Virus record (IMG/VR): IMGVR_UViG_3300046779_001840
Coordinates: 1 to 38,098 of that record
Strand: one strand, 5' to 3'
Source: a virus
Lineage: Duplodnaviria; Caudoviricetes
Length of the DNA: 38,098 nucleotides
Shown here: piece after piece, positions 18,612 to 28,404 of the stretch
Layout of the letters: every line of letters begins with the position of its first letter
How positions within the stretch are numbered: position 1 is the first letter of the stretch
Translations under genes and position numbers: made by a program
Notes under the pieces: model-generated
Told to the model about the DNA's origin: nothing
The model's database searches: none
Seen by the model: the letters and a program-made list of their open reading frames with translations, nothing else

Positions 18612-21600
18612 TTATGGGTTCTCTAGTGCGTATATTCTAGCAGCCAATTGATCTAGTGCTGCTGCAACATTCGAAACTGGAGTAGTCCAATGGGCAGAGT
18701 TGCCCATAGTGTACGAAACATTTGATGTTACAACTCGAGTTGCATTGATATTACCACCAGTAATATTAGCAGTTGCAGTGATGTATAGTGCTGCAATATT
18801 GGCAGTAGCATTAAAGTTAGTTGCAGTGACATTGGCATTGTGGTGCGCTAGATACTGCGCCACCTGAGTGTTACCATAGGTGCCGGCACCAACTGGATTA
18901 CCGTCAACATAAATGTTACCACCACCTGTAGTAATTGCACTATAGCCCAGATACAATGTTGCATTGGCATATATGTTACTCCAACGTTTGCTATTTTCGC
19001 CAAGATCGTAAATTAAATTGGCGCTTGGTACCACGTTGCTGCTAATAGCACGTAAGTTAGATAATGCATTTCCGGCAGTGATATTTGCTCTCAGCGAATC
19101 GATTTCGACGTTGGCTGCTGTGATATTTCCTCTTAGCGAATTAATTTCAACGTTGGCCGCTGTGATATTTGCACTAACTGATACAATGGCAGCGTTGGCT
19201 GCTGTGACATTTGCATTGGTTGCAGTTAACGCACTAAAGTCAATAGCAGCAATTGCTGTATTGGCTGCTGCCACATTGGCATTAAGAGCACTGATAGATA
19301 CAGTCTGGGTTGCTAAATTGGCATTGGCAAATACCTGGAACGCTTGCAATGTCTGAACATTGCCTAGCAGACCTAACACATCAGTTACCGCAGTTGTTTG
19401 AATAGAACCATCTCGGAATTTTAAATTGGCATTATAAAGCTGTAAATCGCCATCTTGTTCCATGACAATCACGTGCGAATTAGCAGCAATAAACACATTG
19501 CCGTCGGAACGAATTGCGGCATTACCACCAATCACAGTCAAATAGCCATCATGCGGAAATTCTTCTAGATTAGTGTCAGCAAATGTGCCAACCCAATTAC
19601 TACTGTTCATTCCAAGGTTGATGTAATTGTTTTCATCGTCGCCGTCATCGGCAGTGATAACCAAGTCGCCACTGGCACTAGAATCAGAACTCAAATTCTG
19701 TATAACTATCTGTGAGTAACTGGCCACGTTACTGATAAACACGCCAGTTAGCCCTGGGTAATTGACTGGAGATGTGTTACCAACTTTTATAGTGGATCCC
19801 ACATGCACGTTGGCGTTGGCCAACAAGTTAGGTGCTTGTATATTGCCAGTAAAGATTTGTCCATCAATTATTCCAGCAACATTGGCATTAACACTGGCAA
19901 TGGCCACACTTTGGGCGGCTGCATTGCTTAACAATGTGGCGATGTTTGTGCTCGCTGTGCCTAGGTTAGCATCAATGGTGGTCAATGATGTTGCTTGTAC
20001 AGCAGCATTGGCATTGGCGTAAGTTTGATACGCAGATAAACCAGACTGTATGGCAACCACATTGGCATTCGCATAAGTTTGGTACGCACCAACATTGGCA
20101 TTGATGGTATTAATTGCAGAAGCTTGTGCGCCCGCATTACTCAACAATGTGTCGATGTTTGTAGTAGCTGTTCCTAGGTTAGCATCAATTGTGTTTAACG
20201 AAGCTGCTTGAGCACCAGCATTGCTGAGTAATACAGAAATGTTTGAGCTATGAGTTGATGTTGTAGAAAACAATGTTGCAACATTGACTGATAGTGTTCC
20301 AATATTGGCATACAAACCAGGTACATTCTGGATAGCAGTAGTTTGAATGGTATCGTCTCTGAACTTCAAATTAGCAGTGCGTAAGAAGAAATTGCCATCT
20401 TGTTCTAATCGCACACTTGCAGTATTGGCATTTAGAGTTACATTTAGGTTTGAACTTAGTACAAGGTTTGCACCAATTGCATTTACAAATCCAGTGTATG
20501 CTCCGCTAGCATCTCCGAATGTTGCGTTTGCATTTACATTGTAGTTACTGCCAGTAATACCAGTTAGTATGTATGCCACGCTGTCAGAAGCAACATCAGC
20601 TACTACCTTCATACCACCAATTGAACTGTTACCAGTTGATCTGTTTTGTAAAACCAATTGATATAAAGCATCAACATTGCCTGTAAAGGTTGCGCCCACA
20701 TTGGCAAAAGTGTTGGCTGCTTGGGCACCAACAGTTAGTTTGCCGAGGCTGAATATATTGGTATTGGCAGTAATGTATGGAGCTTGGATATTACCAGTAA
20801 AGATTTGTCCACTTGTTGCAGCCTTGCTAGCAATAGCAGAGTTGGCCGCAGCCACGTTGGCATTGACTGCGGTAATGTTATTTGTTGCGGTACCAATATT
20901 TGCATCGTAGCTGGCAACCACAGCATTGGCTGCTGTGATGTTGGCACGTAGTTTACCAATTTCAATATTGGCAGCAGCAACGTTGGCATTAGTTAATGCA
21001 ATATTTGAAACATATATTCCTACGTTGGTTTGTAACGCAGAAATATTAACATTGCTCAATGCCGACGAAACTTGCAGGCTTGCAATATTAGCGTTGGCTG
21101 CTGACACATTGGCATTGATTAAATTGATCTGTGTAGCCTGTGTGGCCGAATTACTTGTCAAGCCTATTAGGCTTGCATCTTGCGCGGCTGCATTGGCATA
21201 CAACGCAGCCATGGTAATAGCCTGCGATGCAGCATTTGATAACAAAGTATTTAGAATGGTGGCTTGTGCGCCAGCATTCGAATACAAATTGTCGATATCT
21301 AATGTGCGTACTCCAGCGTTGGCATAAAGTGCTGCTATTTGTACGTTGGCTGCGGTTACATTGGCATTGACGGAAGTTATCGCAATAGACTGCACAGCAG
21401 CATTGGCATTTGATAAAGTTAGTGCAGTATTGATTGCTGACAACGAAATACTCTGAGTAGCAGCATTGGCAGTTAGAACAGTAATAGCAGCAGACTGAAC
21501 TCCGGCGTTGGCATACAGCGCGGCAATATCTAAATCATGATCTGATGTGTAACCTTGCAATGAAGTAATCGCTGCATTGGCTGCAGAAATATTTGCATTA

Positions 21601-22601
21601 ATGGCTGCTATATTGGCATTGCCACCAAATGCAGTTGATTGTACACTGCCATCAGCAAATTTAATATTGACATTGTGCAATTCTAAAGCAGATGTACTAG
21701 GGTTCATGTACATGCGTTTAGTAGCTGCGGCAAATACAATACCGTTGGTATTAGAAATTACACGAAGATTTGCACCATCAGCAAAGATAAATGCCTCATG
21801 GGGTTGTGCATCAGGGAACGTTGGATCGTTGTAGTTACTGTTATTGACCCCAATAGCAACAAGATTGTCATTGAAGTTGGAATCATCTGCAAGTACTGTA
21901 ATCACACCTACTGCATTGGCTGCTGTGCTGGCATTTTGAACCACCATACCAAACGGTCCAGCATTAGAATCAGAAATAACAAAAACGTTATTTGGGTAGT
22001 CAATTGATTGATTACCAATCACAGCACCTTGTGCAAAGATGTACGGTGCTTGTATGTTACCAGTAAATGTTGCTCCACTCAGGCTGGCTTTGGTAGCAAT
22101 AGCAGCATTGGCTGCGGCCACGTTGGCATTAACACTGACTACATTTGCCAAAATTGCATTGCTGCTTAGGGCACTGGCAATGCTGGAATCAACGTAAGAA
22201 ACGTATGCTTTGCTGGCAGTTAGGTTAGCAAGAGTTACTGCTTGGCTAGCAGCGTTGCTTTCAAGAGTAGAAATACGAGCAGTATGGTTGCTGATCACAA
22301 GATTGGCAGCAGCCACATTGGCATTAACGGAATTAAAAGAAGAATTGAGTACAGCGATATTACCAGCAACAGCGGTATTAACATAGCCTTTGCTGGCTGC
22401 ATTGGGTATGTCTGCAACGGTTAACGATACATTACCAATTTGTCCATTGACAGAATAAACCAACACATTGGCAGCGGTAATCTGTACGTTGCCGCTGTAA
22501 AGCTCAGTAAAATTATCATTTATTTTATCAAACGCGGACCGTAGGGTGTCGCCGTTTCCGTCACCTGCGCTGGTACCGATATCAATATTCTGTTGTGCCA
22601 T
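18612..22601 (-). CDS. Long fibre protein: coiled-coil segments alternating with three repeated beta modules
   Basis: N-terminal GDGNGDTLRSAFDKINDNF; heptad ANVAAAN repeats; three FTGNIQAP...KFxD modules. Confidence 0.82.
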   Translation of the reverse strand: MAQQNIDIGTSAGDGNGDTLRSAFDKINDNFTELYSGNVQITAANVLVYSVNGQIGNVSLTVADIPNAASKGYVNTAVAGNIAVLNSSFNSVNANVAAANLVISNHTARISTLESNAASQAVTLANLTASKAYVSYVDSSIASALSSNAILANVVSVNANVAAANAAIATKASLSGATFTGNIQAPYIFAQGAVIGNQSIDYPNNVFVISDSNAGPFGMVVQNASTAANAVGVITVLADDSNFNDNLVAIGVNNSNYNDPTFPDAQPHEAFIFADGANLRVISNTNGIVFAAATKRMYMNPSTSALELHNVNIKFADGSVQSTAFGGNANIAAINANISAANAAITSLQGYTSDHDLDIAALYANAGVQSAAITVLTANAATQSISLSAINTALTLSNANAAVQSIAITSVNANVTAANVQIAALYANAGVRTLDIDNLYSNAGAQATILNTLLSNAASQAITMAALYANAAAQDASLIGLTSNSATQATQINLINANVSAANANIASLQVSSALSNVNISALQTNVGIYVSNIALTNANVAAANIEIGKLRANITAANAVVASYDANIGTATNNITAVNANVAAANSAIASKAATSGQIFTGNIQAPYITANTNIFSLGKLTVGAQAANTFANVGATFTGNVDALYQLVLQNRSTGNSSIGGMKVVADVASDSVAYILTGITGSNYNVNANATFGDASGAYTGFVNAIGANLVLSSNLNVTLNANTASVRLEQDGNFFLRTANLKFRDDTIQTTAIQNVPGLYANIGTLSVNVATLFSTTSTHSSNISVLLSNAGAQAASLNTIDANLGTATTNIDTLLSNAGAQASAINTINANVGAYQTYANANVVAIQSGLSAYQTYANANAAVQATSLTTIDANLGTASTNIATLLSNAAAQSVAIASVNANVAGIIDGQIFTGNIQAPNLLANANVHVGSTIKVGNTSPVNYPGLTGVFISNVASYSQIVIQNLSSDSSASGDLVITADDGDDENNYINLGMNSSNWVGTFADTNLEEFPHDGYLTVIGGNAAIRSDGNVFIAANSHVIVMEQDGDLQLYNANLKFRDGSIQTTAVTDVLGLLGNVQTLQAFQVFANANLATQTVSISALNANVAAANTAIAAIDFSALTATNANVTAANAAIVSVSANITAANVEINSLRGNITAANVEIDSLRANITAGNALSNLRAISSNVVPSANLIYDLGENSKRWSNIYANATLYLGYSAITTGGGNIYVDGNPVGAGTYGNTQVAQYLAHHNANVTATNFNATANIAALYITATANITGGNINATRVVTSNVSYTMGNSAHWTTPVSNVAAALDQLAARIYALENP

Positions 22602-22672
22602 AAATCATCCTTATACAAGGTATTTATGGCTATTTAGAACTATTGGTCGTTAGCGTGAATTATGTGGGTAGT

Positions 22673-22996
22673 TTAAATGCTGAAACTGCTGCCGCAGCCG
22701 CATGTGGTTTGTGCGTTTGGATTTTCGATAGCAAAACTTGAACCCATTGCATCTTCGGTGTATTTGATTTTTGCGCCTTGCAAATATTGTGCGCTCATGC
22801 TGTCAACCAGTAGGCCTACACCGTTGAATTCCAAGGCGAAATCGTCGTCGTTTTGATCTTCGTCGAAGGTAAAACCGTATTGAAAACCCGAGCAACCGCC
22901 ACCTTGCACAAATACACGCAGTTTAAGATCTGGATTGTTTTCTTCGGCCAACAAGTCTTTAAGTTTGATAACAGCTGATTCTGCTAGATCAATCAT
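22673..22996 (-). CDS. erpA: A-type Fe-S cluster carrier (ErpA/IscA family)
   Basis: [36 protein letters not shown]. Confidence 0.93.
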   Translation of the reverse strand: MIDLAESAVIKLKDLLAEENNPDLKLRVFVQGGGCSGFQYGFTFDEDQNDDDFALEFNGVGLLVDSMSAQYLQGAKIKYTEDAMGSSFAIENPNAQTTCGCGSSFSI

Positions 22997-23544
22997 GCAC
23001 GGTCTCCTGCGTAAATTCTTCGATTAACATAATCCCAATTGATAATACGCCATATATTTTTCAAGTACTTTTTCTTGTCTGCACCGTAGTCCAGTGCCCA
23101 GGCATGTTCCCACCAATCTACCAGCAATGCAATATCATTGCGTTTGGCATGATTCTTGATTGTTTTGATCTGCCCGTTGCGGCTCAGATAAATCCAATTG
23201 GATCCTTGCAGTTTCATGGCTTCTTCTTCGAATGCTTTTTTAAAGTCCGTGAACGAACCAAAATGTCTGTTGATCAGGGCAAGACTTGCGCCCGACGGAC
23301 TGTTTGCATTTTTTGGTGCTCGAAGCTGTGGGAAGAAAATGTTGTGCAAGTATGCACCTGCTTCGTTGAAGCTGGCATCACCTTCGCCCTTGTTGTAACG
23401 ATCAACGTATCCACGTGCTAGTTTACCGTAATGGTTATCAATAGTGGATTTGCTCATAACCGGAGATAACGAGCTAGTACCGTAGGGTAACTTTTTAAGC
23501 TCAAGTTTTTGTTTTTCTTCAGTTAAGGTAATAAGATCTCGCAT
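22993..23544 (-). CDS. Fe/Mn superoxide dismutase
   Basis: LPY..L.P, HYGK, LHNIFF, DWWEHAW, INW; start set to MRDLITL. Confidence 0.9.
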   Translation of the reverse strand: MRDLITLTEEKQKLELKKLPYGTSSLSPVMSKSTIDNHYGKLARGYVDRYNKGEGDASFNEAGAYLHNIFFPQLRAPKNANSPSGASLALINRHFGSFTDFKKAFEEEAMKLQGSNWIYLSRNGQIKTIKNHAKRNDIALLVDWWEHAWALDYGADKKKYLKNIWRIINWDYVNRRIYAGDRA

Positions 23545-23548
23545 ACTG

Positions 23549-23767
23549 CTATTTAGTGCGATACACAATGCGTCCTCTATTCAAGTCATATGGACTCATT
23601 TCTACGTCCACTGAGTCCCCGGCTAGAATTCGAATATTATTTTGGCGCAGTTTGCCAGCTAGTGTGGCAATAATCTGATGATTATTTTCTAAGGTTACTC
23701 TAAACATTGCACTAGGCAACAGTTCGTCCACTACTCCAGTTAACCTAATTAGGTCTTCTTTACTCAC
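23549..23767 (-). CDS. infA: Translation initiation factor IF-1
   Basis: MSKED.I...[31 protein letters not shown]; GTG start. Confidence 0.96.
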   Translation of the reverse strand: MSKEDLIRLTGVVDELLPSAMFRVTLENNHQIIATLAGKLRQNNIRILAGDSVDVEMSPYDLNRGRIVYRTK

Positions 23768-23791
23768 AAATGTCCTTCATAAAGCATGTAT

Positions 23792-24097
23792 TTAACCTAA
23801 ATTCTTGGCTTTTAATTTAACCCAAGCAAATTCTTTCATTGCCGTTTTATTGTTTGTGACATATCCATATGTATATGTGCCTCCCGGATAGGTTATTCTA
23901 TCTTTTACGATCTTGACACCACCTTTAGGTCCTTGACGCCATACCCTGTCACTGTTATGTGATAGTCTGGTTTGCCAGCCCCAATAACCGCCCATATAAC
24001 CCGGGGATGTATATACACCGGCTTTCCAAGAATCTATGCCATCACTGCGGTTTTGTAGCAATTCATAATAATAAGTGCATCTATTAGGTTTAGCCAC
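23792..24097 (-). CDS. Hypothetical protein
   Basis: Likely GTG start at 24097 (VAKPNRC); the longer ORF overlaps the upstream gene. Confidence 0.6.
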   Translation of the reverse strand: MAKPNRCTYYYELLQNRSDGIDSWKAGVYTSPGYMGGYWGWQTRLSHNSDRVWRQGPKGGVKIVKDRITYPGGTYTYGYVTNNKTAMKEFAWVKLKAKNLG

Positions 24098-24482
24098 GAC
24101 GCATCCTTGAAATTTCCACAGCCTCTTCGTCCGAGAACACAGGCACAGCATTTGACTTGTGCATGGTAGCAATGCCTTTGACCTTGGTACCAGTGTACAC
24201 CTTGGCAGGTGCAAGTGTAGCATTACCGCCAGTGTCCAGACTCTTGTATTGTCGTGTACTACGATCAACAGGAACGCTGAGGCTATAGCCAGTTAGTGGT
24301 GCGGCCTTGAGAGCACGAGTACGCTTTTTTTCTTCGGCTTCAATACCCCAACGTTTTTGCAGTTCTTTCCACTCTGTGTCCAGCTCACGTGCTTTGCGAG
24401 CATGTTCTGCAGATGCATACTTTTGTTTACCGCGACGTTTACCAGTTGTAGTAAGTGCAGGGTGTGCAAGGTGCATGGTCAT
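24090..24482 (-). CDS. Basic hypothetical phage protein
   Basis: C-terminal KGIATMHKSNAVPVF..ISRMRR; own sigma70 promoter. Confidence 0.75.
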   Translation of the reverse strand: MTMHLAHPALTTTGKRRGKQKYASAEHARKARELDTEWKELQKRWGIEAEEKKRTRALKAAPLTGYSLSVPVDRSTRQYKSLDTGGNATLAPAKVYTGTKVKGIATMHKSNAVPVFSDEEAVEISRMRRG

Positions 24483-24513
24483 AGTATTAGCCCAAAGTTG
24501 TACATAGAAGTAT

Positions 24514-24542
24514 ATTATAGCATTATTGGGATTTTAGGTCAA
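24514..24542 (-). promoter_or_regulatory. Sigma70-type promoter
   Basis: TTGACC-17 nt-TATAAT with extended -10 TGn. Confidence 0.8.
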
Positions 24543-25699
24543 CCACGTTCGGGAAAGTAGTCGTTTTGGACACCGCTTCGGTGCAAATCGGATGTCAAGC
24601 AATGGATTCCGCCATCCCAAAAATAACGATGACGTATGTTAACAATGTGTGGAGTTATGCCTCTTTTGGAAAAAGCATCAAACACTTGTTGATTGTAACC
24701 ATTGCATAATACATTTTTTTCATCAATTACCAACATGTTAACGTCAAACACAGTTTCTTCAACATAGCCCGCCCAATGATTCATCCATGTTTCCATGTAG
24801 TTGGTAAAATCATCATTGAGCTCTTGCCCTGGCACCCACCATTTACCGGCATTTTTCTTTTTCAATTCCATGAATTCTGGAATGGCATTAAAACTTTGAT
24901 TTGGAAGATAAACCACTTCCCAACCAGGGAATGTTTCCTCGTAGTTTTTTACTTCTTTTAGAGAAACTATCAGTCCCGGAACAACCGGGCAAAATACAGA
25001 ATCGTAATGCCCTTGTGTGTCAACCACGTGACAGCGATAATCAGGAAAGTATTTTGATACAGCTTCACGATATTTTGAAAGGTCAATTGGAGAGTCGACT
25101 TTGGGAATTGATTCTGTTCCAATGTAAAGATCTTTACCAATTCTAGAGATCATTGCTGTGTTCATGGGAACAGTAACAACTTTATCGTCAAAGATATCTT
25201 TGGTTAGAATTACTTGATTGCCCTGCGATTCTACCAGTTCAATTATTGGCAACAGTTCTTGATAATAGGACGACAAATTGACATGTCCTTGCAATATTGC
25301 TTTGCCCCAGTCAGGTACTTTTCCATCGACACCCAAAAATCTTCCCTGCTCAATCAATTGTTTTACTTGTTCTTTTTTACCAGGCGCCGGAGCATAAAAT
25401 GTATTGCCAATCATGGCTGTTTCATCTCTAGGATACATCAAGGGTCTTTTGATTTTTCCGTTATGCAAAATTTCAGCATCAGTATGTTTTTCAGCGATGC
25501 TGGGTCGTACAGTTTCAATACCAAAAGATTCCAATTTAGCAATCAAGGCCTGCAAATCTTCTTCGGTTTCTTCGGCAATTTTGTAAAATACACTACGAAC
25601 TTTCTTGTTTGTAATGTAATCGTAAAACTCTGGTGGATAGGATCTACCAACTGCACAAACTTGCAGTGGATCCCAGTGTTGGTGTACTGAATAAGTCAT
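24539..25699 (-). CDS. Amidinotransferase (glycine/inosamine-phosphate amidinotransferase-like, pentein fold)
   Basis: WDPLQVCAVGR, PRD, GHYD, FDVNML, HRYFWDGGIHCLT. Confidence 0.85.
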   Translation of the reverse strand: MTYSVHQHWDPLQVCAVGRSYPPEFYDYITNKKVRSVFYKIAEETEEDLQALIAKLESFGIETVRPSIAEKHTDAEILHNGKIKRPLMYPRDETAMIGNTFYAPAPGKKEQVKQLIEQGRFLGVDGKVPDWGKAILQGHVNLSSYYQELLPIIELVESQGNQVILTKDIFDDKVVTVPMNTAMISRIGKDLYIGTESIPKVDSPIDLSKYREAVSKYFPDYRCHVVDTQGHYDSVFCPVVPGLIVSLKEVKNYEETFPGWEVVYLPNQSFNAIPEFMELKKKNAGKWWVPGQELNDDFTNYMETWMNHWAGYVEETVFDVNMLVIDEKNVLCNGYNQQVFDAFSKRGITPHIVNIRHRYFWDGGIHCLTSDLHRSGVQNDYFPERG

Positions 25700-26121
25700 A
25701 GTGTTCCTAGGATTTCGTATCCATCAAATTGAGATTTATAGTCTGCGGCTTCTCCAAGATAAAGATACTTGCAGCCCGTTTTTTTGTATATTGCACATTC
25801 ATTTTCTAAACTACGTATGCCTAATCGCAAGGTTGGATCTTCATAGTCCCAGGCAAACTGCAAGGATTCTGCATTGCTATCATCGTGGTGTCTAACAATG
25901 CTAAATGCTACCAGTTTGTTGTTGTTGTAATAACCGTACACAGTGTTTTTTGAATCCGTAAATTGAGAATCAAAAATTGGCATCACACTTGCAAATTTTT
26001 TATATTCACAGTATTTTTTATAGATAGCTTGCAATTGATCTACAGGTGGGTCTTGAAATATAACAAAATGTGCTAAAGTGTTGTAATTGGTTTTGGTTAA
26101 ATTAATTCTGCAATAGGTCAT
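25696..26121 (-). CDS. GNAT-fold protein resembling the C-terminal domain of Arg/Leu-tRNA-protein transferase (ATE1/Bpt)
   Basis: KLVAFS..FAWDY..LRLGIRSLENE..YLYLG..YK..EIL pattern. Confidence 0.6.
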   Translation of the reverse strand: MTYCRINLTKTNYNTLAHFVIFQDPPVDQLQAIYKKYCEYKKFASVMPIFDSQFTDSKNTVYGYYNNNKLVAFSIVRHHDDSNAESLQFAWDYEDPTLRLGIRSLENECAIYKKTGCKYLYLGEAADYKSQFDGYEILGTL

Positions 26122-26615
26122 TTATAATAGCGCCAGGCCACTACGCTGTCAAGTGCTGCTTGATCCCACTTATCGTAATAGCCTTTTTCTCGAAGTTGAT
26201 CTGCTGCTGTATTTAATTTATCTAGCTTCTGTAGTATTAATAATCCGCAGTGACCAAAGTTCATTTTTACACCATTTACAAATTCAGGACTGTCCGGATG
26301 GTCTTCCAGTATCACGTAGTTTGCTGGCATCAACATTTTGTTTGTGCCTGCTACATATTCCTGTAGACTCACCGGATCAATTTGATTGTGATTGAAACAG
26401 ATTACTACTACATCTTTTTCTTCCAGTGCAGGCAGGCTTTCACGTATGACATCCATGAACTCGACGACTTCACAAAACTTGATAGTGATCTTGTTGTTGA
26501 TACGTGCTTGTCTTGCATAAGGACAAGGTGGCCAATCACCGAGGGCAGCATTGGGCTGTTCCACAAATTCTTGTAGCCATTGATTGAGCTGTTCGACGAT
26601 TAGAGTTTGATTCAT
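26118..26615 (-). CDS. DUF1415-like protein
   Basis: PPCPYA, EDHPD, YYDKW; ATGA-coupled to the transferase-like gene. Confidence 0.5.
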   Translation of the reverse strand: MNQTLIVEQLNQWLQEFVEQPNAALGDWPPCPYARQARINNKITIKFCEVVEFMDVIRESLPALEEKDVVVICFNHNQIDPVSLQEYVAGTNKMLMPANYVILEDHPDSPEFVNGVKMNFGHCGLLILQKLDKLNTAADQLREKGYYDKWDQAALDSVVAWRYYK

Positions 26616-26984
26616 TTAATCTGTTGATAGTTTTTCTATTTTCCAATTGGGCGCAGACAGTTTGAGCACAGTATCTGTGTCATTGGATTCTAACAAAAAG
26701 ATATGCTGAGGGAATCGTACTTTTAAACGATCAATCAGTTCAGCCGGGGTGGCACCTTGCGCCAGAAACTTGTCCGAATCAGCATCATACCAATAAAAGT
26801 TGTTGTAGTGTTCTTCCACTCGAACTCGATGCACAACTTCGTTCACACGATGTAGGATATCGGACAGTTCTTCGGCTCTTCGTTCAGTGCGCCGCAACAG
26901 CAGATGCAGCACAACAGAACTGACTATGTACCAAAACAACATGTTCAATGCAAAACTAAAAAATTCTGTAATAAATTCAATCAT
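26616..26984 (-). CDS. Hypothetical protein with N-terminal TM helix
   Basis: Hydrophobic N-terminus; FLAQG motif. Confidence 0.68.
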   Translation of the reverse strand: MIEFITEFFSFALNMLFWYIVSSVVLHLLLRRTERRAEELSDILHRVNEVVHRVRVEEHYNNFYWYDADSDKFLAQGATPAELIDRLKVRFPQHIFLLESNDTDTVLKLSAPNWKIEKLSTD

Positions 26985-26985
26985 A

Positions 26986-27807
26986 TCAAGTCCAAAGTGC
27001 GCCACGAATTTTAATTAGACGAATCAACATCGCTTCATCCTCCTGTTCATACTCAGCTTCTAGCTTGTGCATTTGATCCAGCATGGGACCAGTGTCTTCT
27101 TTGTCGCTGCCAAGAATCCAGTCATCAGGATCGGCGGCACGACGACGATCACAGTAAGCACTCCAACCACTGGCTTCCATGGGATCCACACGCCGAGGGC
27201 GTTCCACAGTCCACCATGTGTACAACTCCAGGATTTCTTGAGCTGTGACTGCTTGTGGTGTTGGTTGACCAATATTTGGACTATCTTCGGCACATTCATC
27301 TTCGCTCCAACGGAGATTACGCTGCCATTCAAGATTGTCCAAACCTGCTTGTGGACAACGCCATGTACGTACTCGCCACCATCCTACTGCCCACCAAGGC
27401 ATGTTATACTGTTTGCGTTTTTCTTTGTTTTCCCAAACAAGATGGAACCAGGCCAGTTCTACTTCAACAAAATCCACAAGCTCGCCAAATAGACAAGGCA
27501 AAAAGCGATGCCCCACATCACACCAAGTGCCCGGTTTAATATCTCGGGGATGGGCAGTAAGGGCATGAGTGCGAGTAATCCAGCGATTATTAATATAATA
27601 CTTAATTGCATATAGTCGGTCCGTGGGCCAATAAAAAATTGTTTGAAGAAAGTCCAGTCCATCATCAGCTAGCCAATAGCGGAATGGATGTGCGGCCTTG
27701 GCTTTCTTATGCCAAACACGCCAACCGTCGCTGGTCTCTGCGCCGGGTTTGGGAGTGCCGCGCAGCCAGTCTGCAAATTTGCTACAGGTCCAATAATGAT
27801 TACGCAT
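26986..27807 (-). CDS. Trp-rich hypothetical protein
   Basis: Start MRNHYW at 27807; long ORF on the coding strand. Confidence 0.75.
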   Translation of the reverse strand: MRNHYWTCSKFADWLRGTPKPGAETSDGWRVWHKKAKAAHPFRYWLADDGLDFLQTIFYWPTDRLYAIKYYINNRWITRTHALTAHPRDIKPGTWCDVGHRFLPCLFGELVDFVEVELAWFHLVWENKEKRKQYNMPWWAVGWWRVRTWRCPQAGLDNLEWQRNLRWSEDECAEDSPNIGQPTPQAVTAQEILELYTWWTVERPRRVDPMEASGWSAYCDRRRAADPDDWILGSDKEDTGPMLDQMHKLEAEYEQEDEAMLIRLIKIRGALWT

Positions 27808-28150
27808 TTCTTTTGTCCTTACGTTGTCGACGAAACTCAGCAACATCTTTGCTGGCTGACTGTAACACAGCGGCATAGTTGACGGCCTGCTGTTCTGTCA
27901 TGATGATGGAGGCTTCATATTTGACATAGCCGCGTGTAAGTAATCCCCAAATGACTTGCCATCTGTTTTTGCTCCACCAGTTGGTTTTTTGTGTGGTGTA
28001 GGTTGTGACTGTGATTCCTGTTTCGTCTGCTTCAACGCAGACGTCGTGGGCACAATCGGAGTTACAGCAGTCACACGGGACCGTATAGAATCGGGCATCT
28101 CCAAAATCCTTGTGTAGTAGTATACCTTGTGCAGGTGCCTGTGCGTCCAT
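27800..28150 (-). CDS. Hypothetical protein (CxCC..C.H possible metal site)
   Basis: Start MDAQAP at 28150; VPCDCCNSDCAH. Confidence 0.68.
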   Translation of the reverse strand: MDAQAPAQGILLHKDFGDARFYTVPCDCCNSDCAHDVCVEADETGITVTTYTTQKTNWWSKNRWQVIWGLLTRGYVKYEASIIMTEQQAVNYAAVLQSASKDVAEFRRQRKDKRNA

Positions 28151-28158
28151 TTTGAATC

Positions 28159-28404
28159 CTAAGAAAAAACATGTTGCCAACTAACAATAATTATCCAAAA
28201 ACAAATAGATCCTAACAATAGTATTGCAAAATCCAGCAATAATATTGCAACACCTGGTGGCTTGGGTCCGTACTTTTTGACCCACCAGTCTTTGTCAAAT
28301 CTTTTAACTTCCGGGACGCCTAGATGCAAATCTAGGACAGGATCTTTGCGACTTGTATAAAAATCGTCAGGCAAGTCCGGAAGGTCATCATTAGATGTCG
28401 ACAT
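28159..28404 (-). CDS. Hypothetical membrane protein
   Basis: C-terminal hydrophobic helix. Confidence 0.55.
   Translation of the reverse strand: MSTSNDDLPDLPDDFYTSRKDPVLDLHLGVPEVKRFDKDWWVKKYGPKPPGVAILLLDFAILLLGSICFWIIIVSWQHVFS

Noticed and set aside
16536-22424. Plus-strand ORFs opposite the fibre genes (e.g. 16536..17168, 20926..21327)
   Set aside because: Antisense shadows of Ala/Asn/Thr-rich codons with no RBS or motifs
18612-22601. Repeated GCATTGGC/ACATTGGC words as a CRISPR array or DGR repeat
   Set aside because: They are in-frame codons for Ala-Asn-Ala/Val heptads; there is no fixed repeat-spacer period, no adenine-specific TR/VR pair and no RT or cas gene
22673-23767. Bacterial chromosomal origin suggested by infA, SOD, erpA, groES and tRNAs
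   Set aside because: They are interleaved with tail genes, a T4-type clamp loader and TAAATA promoters, without the usual bacterial operon partners (no groEL, no isc/suf)
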